A model generated the notes under the pieces. The model did not search any database. It was given only the letters and a program-made list of their open reading frames with translations, and was not told the origin of the DNA. This document shows positions 53,251-64,000 of a stretch of 64,000 nt of DNA, piece by piece (position 1 is the stretch's first letter; each line of letters opens with the position of its first letter). The DNA comes from Octopus vulgaris (Eukaryota), in NCBI GenBank assembly GCA_951406725.2, contig OX597830.1, positions 20,584,001 through 20,648,000 of the forward strand, given 5' to 3'. Both the position numbers and the translations under genes were made by a program.

Positions 53251-54329
53251 TTATCAAGTTTCAGCTCACGAGCTGTGGCCATGCTGGGGCACCGCCATTT
53301 GGTGTTGCTACATGATTTTACTTCACGAATGCTTTTTAGCAACTGCCATTTGGTGCATGAGAGAGTTCGATGCACCTCCTGCCGTGAAGTTGGTTCATCC
53401 GGGACACCTGACAGGAAGAGATCCAGTCCTACTTTAAAGACATCCGCATCTACACCTTGCAGGTCCCTCAGGTTCTTCGGGAGGATATTGAAGAGCTGTG
53501 GGCCTCTGAAGCCCAGGCTATCACAGTATCTTGTCCTACATCTTGATGGCAAATTTGGAGTCCTTGGTACCACGCAGTGGCGCCCAGTTCTGGCATTTGT
53601 GTAACTCTCGATGCCAAAGTTTGGGACAAGTCCTTCCAGGATCTTCCAGATGTATATTATGGCATATCTTTCTCGCCTACGCTTCAAGGAATAGAGTTTT
53701 AATCTCTTGACTCTTTCCCAGTAGCTTATATGCTGCACAGAGGCTATCTTCTTCGTGTAGCTTCGTTGGATCGCCTCAAGTTCTGTGATCAAATTGACAC
53801 TGGATGGTGACCATAGCTGAGAGCAATAGTCAAAGTGGCTTAGCACAAGTGTCCTCCAGGGGACCATCATGGTTTCTTGTTCTCTTGTTCTAAAAGTTCT
53901 AAGAATCCATCCGGCCAGCCGTCTACATTTCATTGCCAATTTAGCAACATGTACATGAAAGGTTGCGTCATCACTCATGTAAATACCCAGGTCACGCACT
54001 GATTGTGCCTCTGGGATTGCAATCCCTCCGGGTCCAGTGTATTCATTGGGTATTGCATTTAGTTTTGCATGCTGATAGCATAAAGCTTGAAACTTTTCAG
54101 CATTGAACTGCATGCTATTCTTTTCAGCCCACTTGTATATTTTGTCCAGCTCACATTGCAGGTGCTTAGTGTCTTCAGGATTCTGTATTGCCTGTGAAAC
54201 TTTTGTATCGTCTGCATAACTTGTGATCGTGGCTCACTGCGTGGCTGAGGGCATGTCTAAGAGGGCCATTATGAACAGTAGTGGCCCCAAAACAGTGCCC
54301 TGCGGAACACCGCTCACTATTTGCGTGTT
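53234..54329 (-). mobile_element. 5'-truncated CR1-group LINE (RT C-terminal half, 3' end, poly(A))
   Basis: SGVPQGTVLGPLLF, YADDTK, VRDLGI, DYCSQLWSP, SYWERVKRLKLYSLKRRRERY; one in-frame stop near 54235; terminal stem-loop CAGCTCGTGAGCTG and poly(A) at 53252-53234. Confidence 0.92.
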
Positions 54330-54544
54330 AATATATATATATATATATACATATATATACACACATACATACATACATATATATGTATATACATATGCAT
54401 ATATGGGTACAGGACGTCATAAAACGTAAACAACATAAAAAACGAAATACGAAAACATGGAATATGAATTTTTTGCGAACAACGGAAGAAACGAATGGAA
54501 AACAAGACAAGAAACATAAAGAACGACCCTTCATCAGTTGTCGG

Positions 54545-54596
<52 letters not shown>

Positions 54597-54770
54597 TACA
54601 TTTAAACACAAGAGAAACGATCTTTAACAGGTAATTTTACACGCTAGAACAAGGAGTCAAAACGACCAAACCACATATATATATATATACATACATACAT
54701 ACACACACTTGCACACGCACGCACACACAAATATACATGTGTGTGTGTGAATATGTATAAATTTAAATCC

Positions 54771-54821
<51 letters not shown>

Positions 54822-55058
54822 ACATACACAATTATTGTAACTGAGTTTTTGTGAGGAGATAGATTTCTCTCAAGAGGGATGTCAACATCCAAGTGTCCAC
54901 CGATTTAATCATATATATCGATGAATTTTCTGGAGTCCTGCTTTTCCGTGGTAGTATTAATGTTTATTATTTAAAAGGCACCAGTATTATGCACATTTTG
55001 GAGTTCCATCGCTATATCTGGAGTTCTCAGCAATATATGTGACTGTAGTTATAGTAAT

Positions 55059-55287
55059 ATATCATAAAGAAAATGGAGAGTTTAAAGAGAGTCTAATCAA
55101 TTTATTTACATTTTGTCAGTTATAAAGCCTACGATCGTTTCCATATCAATCTTCATTCAAATTACCATTTAAATTGCATTGTGAAATAAAGAAGGTAGAT
55201 ATTTCTTCAGGGCGTAGGCTTATATAATTGACAAAGTGTAAATAAAATGATTATTCTTTCTTGAAAATCTCTATTTTCTTTATGATA
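55059..55287. repeat. Imperfect fold-back with ~75-bp arms
   Basis: ATATCATAAAGAAAAT..TTTATTTACA.TTTGTCA..AAGCCTACG and its reverse complement at 55212-55287. Confidence 0.8.
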
Positions 55288-55298
55288 TTTATATGTAA

Positions 55299-56102
55299 GG
55301 CGGCGAGCTGGCAGAAACGTTAGCACACCGTCTGGTTTCACATTCAGAGTTCAAATTCCGCCGAGGTCGACTTTGCCTTTCAGCCTTTCGGGGTCGATAA
55401 GTTAAGTACTAGTTGAGTACTGGGGTCGATCTAGTTGACTAACCCTCTCTCCGAAAATTTCGGGCCTTGTGCCAAGAGTGGAAAAGGGTATTTATATATA
55501 TGTAAGGGGGCGATCTGGCAGAAACGTTAACACGCCGGGCGAAGTGCTTACCGATATTTCGTCTGCAGTTACGCTCTGAGTTCAAATTCCGCCGAGGTCG
55601 ACTCTGCCTTTCATCCTTTCGGGGTCGATATAATCGACTTAATCCGTTTGTCTATCCTTGTTTGTCCTCTCGGTGTTTAGCCCCTTGTGGGTAGTAAAAG
55701 AAATAGGTATCTCGTCTGCCGCTACGTTCTGAGTTCAAATTCCGCCGAGGTCAACTTTGCCTTTCATCCTTTCGGAGTCGATTAAATAAGTACCAGTTAC
55801 GCACTGGGGTCGATGTAATCGACGTACTCCGTTTGTCTGTCCTTCTTTGTCTCTTCTATGGTTAGCTCCTTGTGAGCAATAAAAAAAAAATATATATATA
55901 TGTATGTATGTAAGGCGGTGAGCTAGCAGAAACGTTAGCACGCCGGGTGAAATGCTTATGCACTGGGGTCGATCTAATTGACTTAATCCCTTTGTCCGTC
56001 TTTGTGAGCAATAAAGAAATAAGAAACGTTAGCACACCGGGCGAAATGCTTAGAGGTATTTTGTTTGTCTTTACGTTCTGAGTTCAAATTCCACCGAGGT
56101 CG
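55299..56102 (+). mobile_element. Tandem cluster of about 5 SINE family A units (mixed tails A1/A2, several partial)
   Basis: Repeated GCAGAAACGTTAGCAC and GAGTTCAAATTCCGCCGAGGTC. Confidence 0.9.
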
Positions 56103-56103
56103 T

Positions 56104-56253
56104 TTTTCTGTTTCTGTCTGAGAAAGTCCACTGACAAGGTTTTGGTCGGGCCGAGGCTATAGGAGAAAACACTGACCCAAGGTGCAAAGAGTTGAATTGA
56201 ACTTAAAATCATGTGGTTGGAAACCAAACTTCTTACCATAGTGCCACGCCTGC
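56104..56253 (-). mobile_element. SINE family C 5' half (diverged), followed by a 39-bp-period duplication to ~56300
   Basis: ACAAGG.TTTGGTCGG.CCGAGGCTATAG; TACCATAGTGCCACGCCTGCCCCATACA occurs twice. Confidence 0.7.
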
Positions 56254-56647
56254 CCCATACATACACACAATGTACCATAGTGCCACGCCTGCCCCATACA
56301 AACACACGTGTTTATATCTATATCTATATAGATGTGTGCATATGTATATACATATACATGCACATTTATATACACACATGCATACACATACACGCACATA
56401 TACATATATATATATATATAATATATATATATATATGTATGTAATTATGTGTGTGCGTATGTATATATATATACATACGTATAATTATTCATATATATAT
56501 TTATATACACATGCACACACACACATACACACACACACACATATATATATATACATACATATATATAGATATGTGTATATATCTACATATATGTGTGTGT
56601 GTATGTATATATGTATATATATATGTATATATATATACATATGTATA

Positions 56648-56692
<45 letters not shown>

Positions 56693-56729
56693 GTAGGTAT
56701 ATATGTATGTATGTATATATGTATGTATG

Positions 56730-56763
<34 letters not shown>

Positions 56764-57554
56764 TGTATGTATGTATGTATGTATGTATGTATGTATGTAT
56801 GTATGTATGTATGTGTGTATATATATATGTACTCACATTTACTTCCACGGTGAAATGTGAGTACGCATATATTATATAGACAAGGAAGACACTGAGAATT
56901 TATGAATTATATAATGTTACCATGTTATACTGATGCGTGTATATAAAAATATATATTTGATAGGTGTGTGTGTATATATGGATGTGAATGAACGTTTCTT
57001 TGTATCTATGTGTGTGTACGTGTGTACGTGTGCTTCTACGAGTGTGTTTGTTTGCGTCCATGTTTATGTGTGCGAGTGGAAGTTTCTGTAGTTATCTGTT
57101 ATGTGTGTATAATTGTTTATACGTGTGCGTGTGCGTGTGTGCACGTGCATGTGTGTCTAAGCGTGTGTCAATGTTTGCATGTGTCTCTTCGTAAAGTGTC
57201 TCTTTTCCTTTTCCCCCTCACCATTCGTATATTTATGTATGTGTCTGCGTATACATGTATGTGTACTTGTGTCTTTCTGTGACCGTGTGTGTATGTATTT
57301 GAATATATGCGCGTGTGTGTATGTGTGTGTGTGTGTGCGTTACGTTTGTGTATGCTCCTATGAGTGCGTGACTGTATGTATGTATAAATGAATGCATGTA
57401 CTTATGAATGAACGTATGTATAATGTATGTATATATGTATGCATGAATGTATAAATGTGTGCATAGGTGTATGTTTGTATGTTTGCAGATAGGGAGAGGG
57501 GGAGAGAGGGAGACACGGAAAGAGAAAGACGCATACACACACATATCCATATGT

Positions 57555-58110
57555 ATGTGTGTGTGTGTGAGAGAGAAAGTGTGTTTGTGTGTGTGAGAGA
57601 ATGTGTTTGTGTGTGAGAGAGAGAGAGTGTTTGTGGGTGTGAGAGAGAGTGTGTGTGTGTGTGAGAGAGAGAGTGTGTTTGTGTGTGTGAGAGAGTGTGT
57701 GTGTGTGTGTGAGAGATAGTGTGTTTGTGTGTGAGAGAGAGTGTTTGTGTGTGTGAGAGAGAGTGTGTTTGTGTGTGTGAGAGATAGTGTGTTTGTGTGT
57801 GTGTGAGAGAGTGTGTTTGTGTGTGTGAGAGAGAGTATGCTTGTGTGTGTGTGTGAGAGAGAGAGTATGTTTGTGTGTGTGATAGAGAATGTGTGTTTGT
57901 GTGTGTGAGAGAGAGAGTATTTGTGTGTGTGAGAGAGAGTGTGTTTGTGTGTGTGAGAGAGAGTGTGTTTGTGTGTGTGAGAGAGAGAGTGTATTTGTGT
58001 TTGTGTGTGTGAGAGAGAGTGTGTTTGTGTGTGTGAGAGAGTACGTGTTTGTGTGTGTGAGGGAGAGCGTGTTTGTGTGTGTGAGAAAGAGTATGTTTGT
58101 GTGTGTGTGT
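57555..58110. repeat. Compound (GT)n(GA)n minisatellite, ~22-bp unit GTGTTTGTGTGTGTGAGAGAGA
   Basis: Directly visible. Confidence 0.9.
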
Positions 58111-58664
58111 GCGTACGTGTATGAGAGGGCGCGTATATGTAGTTGTGCCTGTATGTGCTTGTACGTGTTAGTGTGTGCGCGTGTGTTTGCTTGTGTAATA
58201 CAGATATTTATGTACGCAATAAAACTACTTTATTCTCGCTTGAGGATAGCAGTTTCTACACACCTATTTGAAGTATTCTTGCCAACCTTTGTTTCCTTTC
58301 CATTTCCATTTTTCACTTCATCTTTGCCTCGCTATTATTACCATAATCCACCGATTTTTCATAAGCAGACGATCGGTCTGGGCCCCCGCCATTGCACGAC
58401 GCCGCCGAGCGGCCGGTAACAAAACCTCTACCTCTTACAAACGGGGCAGGTTGCTGGATGGTTGGTTGGCTGGCTGGCAAACTGGCCCCTTAGGGACGGG
58501 AAGAGGGAAGACGGGGGACGACTTTGAACAGGCAAACAAGGCCTGCTTTTTGTCTGTAAGTTTGAAGAATTGCCACCTTTAATAGAATCGGACAGATGAA
58601 GTCATTTGAAAACAAACAGGTTCGGAAGAAAGAAAATGAAAAACAACAACAACAAAAACCAATG

Positions 58665-60385
<1,721 letters not shown>

Positions 60386-60414
60386 GTTATTCGTGGCAGA
60401 AATAAATTTGTTTG

Positions 60415-60912
60415 TAGCTTTCCCCTAGGGCACACCTGATGAAGTAACTTATGATCTGAGGCGTCCCAGCCATGACCAGTCCACATCTAATCCAGGATCA
60501 CATTTTCCCATACGTCGTTTAAAAAAGCCAAGTGCGGAACTTGACGGTGATTTGGTTTCTATTTCTAGCAGCTCATGCGATTCTCCTTGACCTGCGATGG
60601 TGTTGGTGGTGGCGCGGTGGTGGCAGTTATTGGTGAATATAATTGTTGTTATTGTTGCTATGGCTGTTACTATGCGAGGTAGCAATGGTGATAGTAGCGA
60701 TGGTGATGACTATAGCTGTTGTTATTCAGCCCCAGGTCAGTAATGATCGAGCACGCCTAAGATCAAAGGCGTTCCTTCTATGACTATCTCTTCCGTTACT
60801 CAAAACACTGTGTTAAAGACCATATCATACAAACCGTCTTTAGCTCTTTTAAAATAGAAGAGATTTGGCTGTTATTTCTAGTAGATCGAACAACTACATA
60901 GAAGCTTCCTCA
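60415..60912 (+). mobile_element. Old interspersed repeat family E, two copies (60415-60592, 60727-60912)
   Basis: Shared GATTTGG....TATTTCTAG.AG and CCAGCCATGACC-like blocks. Confidence 0.55.
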
Positions 60913-60963
60913 TTAAGATCGCACTTTTCTTACGCTGCTATTGTTATTATTTAGCCCCAGGAA

Positions 60964-62166
60964 GAGCGGCCTGCTGGCAGAATCGTTAGCACGCTGGACG
61001 AAATGCTTAGTGGCATTTCGTACATCTTTATGTTCTGAGTTCAAATTCCACCGGGATCTACTTTGCCTGTTATCCTTTTGGGGTCGATGAATTAAGTACC
61101 AGTTGTGTACTGTTCTCAGTGTAATCAACTACCCCTCCCCTGAAATTTCAAGCCCTGTGCCTCTAGTAGAAAGGATTATTCGGCCCCAGAAGGGTGGCGA
61201 GCTGGCAGAATTGTTAGGAAGCCAAACAAAATATTTAATGGCATTCCGGTCTTCAACGTTCTGAGTTCAATTTCCTTTGAGTTCGACTTGGCCTTTTATT
61301 CTTTCGGAGTTGAAGAAATAAGTTATCAGTTAAGAACTAGGGTTCATGTAGTCTACTGACTTTCTCTCCACAAAGTTTTCAGGCCCTGTGCCTATAGAAG
61401 AAAGAGTTATTATACAGCCCCAGGAGGGTGGTGAGCCGGTAAAATTGTTAGCACATCGGGCGCAATACTTAGCGGTATTTCGTCCGTCTTCATGATCTGA
61501 GTTCAAATTCGGCAGTGTTCAACTTTGCCTTTCATCGTTTCGGGGTCTAGAAAATAAGAACCAGCTGAGCACTGGGGTCGATGTAATTAATTACACCCCT
61601 ACCCCAAATTTCAGGCCTTGTGCCTCAAGTAGAAAGGATTATTATTAATGATTTATCAATAAGGGGGAGAGCTGGTAGAAGCGTTAACTACGCCGAACAA
61701 CATGCCAAGCGCGATTTCCTCCATCTTTTGCGTTTCGAGTTCAAATTCCTCCGAGTTCGATTTTTGCCTTTCATCCTTTTGGGATCGACTAAATTAATAC
61801 CAGTTGTTCGCTGAGGTCAATGCAATCGACTACCCTCCGCTTCACAAATTCCCGGCCTTGTACCTATAGTACAATGTATTATTTAGCTTCAAGAAAGGTT
61901 ATCGACTTGGAAGAATCGCTTGCACGCTGGGGGAAAAAAAAGAGGATGCTTAATGGCATTTCTTCCAGTAATTAAGATTCTGAGTTCAAATTCTTTCGAG
62001 GCTGAATTTGACTTTCATTCTTTCGGGGCCAACAAAATAAGTACCAGTTGATGAAGATATAACTGACTTATCCATTTCCTTAAAATTACTTGTCTTGAGC
62101 TAACATTTGAGATCATTATTTAGTCGGCCAGACCTATGGATCGAAACACACAGGGGCGCGTGTGTG

Positions 62167-62206
<40 letters not shown>

Positions 62207-62570
62207 CGTGCTAACATTTGAGACCATTATTTAGTCGGTCTAAGGCGGCGAGCTGGCAGAAACGTTAGCACGCGGGGCGAAATGCGTAGCCGTATTTCGT
62301 CTGCGGCTACGTTCTGAGTTCAAATTCCGCCGAGGTCGACTTTGCTTTTCATCCTTTCGGAGTCGATAAATTAAGTACCAGTTACGAACTGGGGTCGATG
62401 TAATCGACTTAATCCGTTTGTCTGTCCTTGTTTGTCTGTCCTTGTTTGTCCCCTCTATGTTTATTCGGGGTCGATAAATAAAGTACCAGTTGCGTAGTGG
62501 GGTCGATCTAATCAACTGAAATTCTCACCACAAAATTCCGGATTTTGTGCCTATTTGTAGAAAGAATTAT
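60964..62570 (+). mobile_element. Head-to-tail array of about 6 SINE family A copies
   Basis: Units start near 60964, 61192, 61425, 61663, 61898 and 62244; each has (C)TGAGTTCAA(A)TT; the last is young and has an A1/A2 chimeric tail. Confidence 0.88.
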
Positions 62571-62606
62571 TTAGTCGGCCAGACCTGGATCGAAACAGTC
62601 AGGTGT

Positions 62607-62686
<80 letters not shown>

Positions 62687-63164
62687 AGTGTGTGCGAGCG
62701 AGTGAGTGTGTGTGATTATGTTTATGAGTATTTGAGTGCGTGAGTGCGTGTGTGTGAGTGATTGAGTTTGTGAAGGGGGAGTGCGTGTGCGTGTTCGTGT
62801 GTGTGTATGTGATATATATGTATATATGTATATATGTTTGAATATGTGTGTATGTGTGTATGTGTGTCTGTGTGTCTGTGTGTGTATATGCGTGCGTGTG
62901 CGTGTGCGTACGTGTATCTTGTAAGTCTTGAGTGTTCTGGGTAACAAGTAACGCAGTCCAACTTGTCCCATTGTCGGCGCCGAAACCGGTAACATCACTA
63001 AACATCATCGGTAAGAAAAATGGTTTTTGAACACGCTCAGATAAGACCTGACAAAGGTTGAGTGAGCGCAAGAAAGTCCACGGTATTTCTGTTACGTGAT
63101 ATATACGTGTTGGTATTTATAAATGTTTTAATATATTAAAATATTTATAAATTCCATCCAAGAA

Positions 63165-63310
63165 TTTTTTTTTTTTTTTTTTTTTTTTTTTTCTTCTTTC
63201 AAATTTGCTTCCATTTCTTGCCGAGTGTCTTCCCGACTCCTAGGGCAAAGAAACTCATAGTATACATTGGTAGGCCATTAAACCAAACTCAATAGTTCGT
63301 TCATTTTCTT
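63165..63310 (-). mobile_element. Probable retroposon 3' end with poly(A)
   Basis: Unique ~120 nt followed on the minus strand by a long A tract; lies next to (AAT)n. Confidence 0.4.
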
Positions 63311-63392
63311 TTTTTAAGTTAAATTTTAAAAAAAATTTTTTTTAATATTATTATTATTATTATCATATTATTATTATTATTATTATTATTAT

Positions 63393-63925
63393 TGAGTGAG
63401 AGAGCAGTTCATGCCATCAAAGTGATACTGGAGTAAAATATACGAAGCCCAGTATACCCATCATGACTACCCGTCTGATAAGGGTACACTAGGCACATGC
63501 ATCACAACCATATGTGCGCGGACATGGTGATCTCATATCAAAATAAACAGCACATGACCTTGCAGGTGGGGCCCAGTTAGAATTTTCTTCAGGTCGAGTA
63601 ACCCATCCCACTCGAAAGGTCCCTGAATAAGGGTTGTTTAAGGATGTTGAACGAAACACCCATGTTTCCAGAGGTGAATTATTCAAACCCCAAAGAATCC
63701 CTCTCAACACATGGCTATGATGCTCTCCCACTACTTCTGCTTGTGATCAGAGATGCACATATCGTCAGCCACTAAAGGACATGCTCAACTGGTTAAGGTC
63801 AAACAACTGACAAGCATATCTGTGGTATTGAGCAGAATATTTGCTGTAGCCCATCTTTTATACCAAGACAAAACAATGTACATGATGACACTTCCAATCA
63901 CTTAAGACCAGAAGCCATGAGAGCC
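63393..63925 (-). mobile_element. Family D retroposon, full length, embedded in (TTA)n
   Basis: Collinear reverse complement of 11394-11929. Confidence 0.9.
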
Positions 63926-63995
<70 letters not shown>

Positions 63996-64000
63996 GTGAA

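Noticed and set aside
62925-63110. Unique stretch with a GTAAG donor-like site as a possible exon
   Set aside because: No polypyrimidine/AG acceptor or recognisable peptide; cannot be supported without RNA data

Overview
Eukaryotic, repeat-saturated genomic DNA. It is most consistent with an octopus or other coleoid cephalopod, inferred from the SINE families and the extreme microsatellite load. No host protein-coding exon, rRNA, genuine tRNA or CRISPR array can be supported, and nearly all ORFs in the track are translations of microsatellites. The window is intergenic or intronic. It holds long (TA)n, (TG)n, (TATG)n, (GATA)n, (AAT)n and (GGT/CAC)n tracts, more than 30 tRNA-derived SINE copies from several modular families, and decayed LINE fragments (a Tx1/L1-like 3' end, an R4/Dong-like endonuclease end, two CR1-group pieces and an ORF1-only Tx1/L1-like element). 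It also holds mariner and maT-like transposase relics, several MITEs, a Helitron-like 5' end, and many Penelope-type minimal hammerhead motifs with associated fold-backs. The most notable signals are: (i) a tRNA-headed element whose tail carries an intact Penelope-type hammerhead, with an inverted tail copy starting at the predicted cleavage site (50.27-50.93 kb); (ii) two SINE/LINE pairs sharing 3' ends within this window; (iii) an ORF1-only 'half-LINE'; (iv) microsatellite-targeted retroposons; (v) combinatorial head/tail shuffling among SINEs. All alignments were made by eye.
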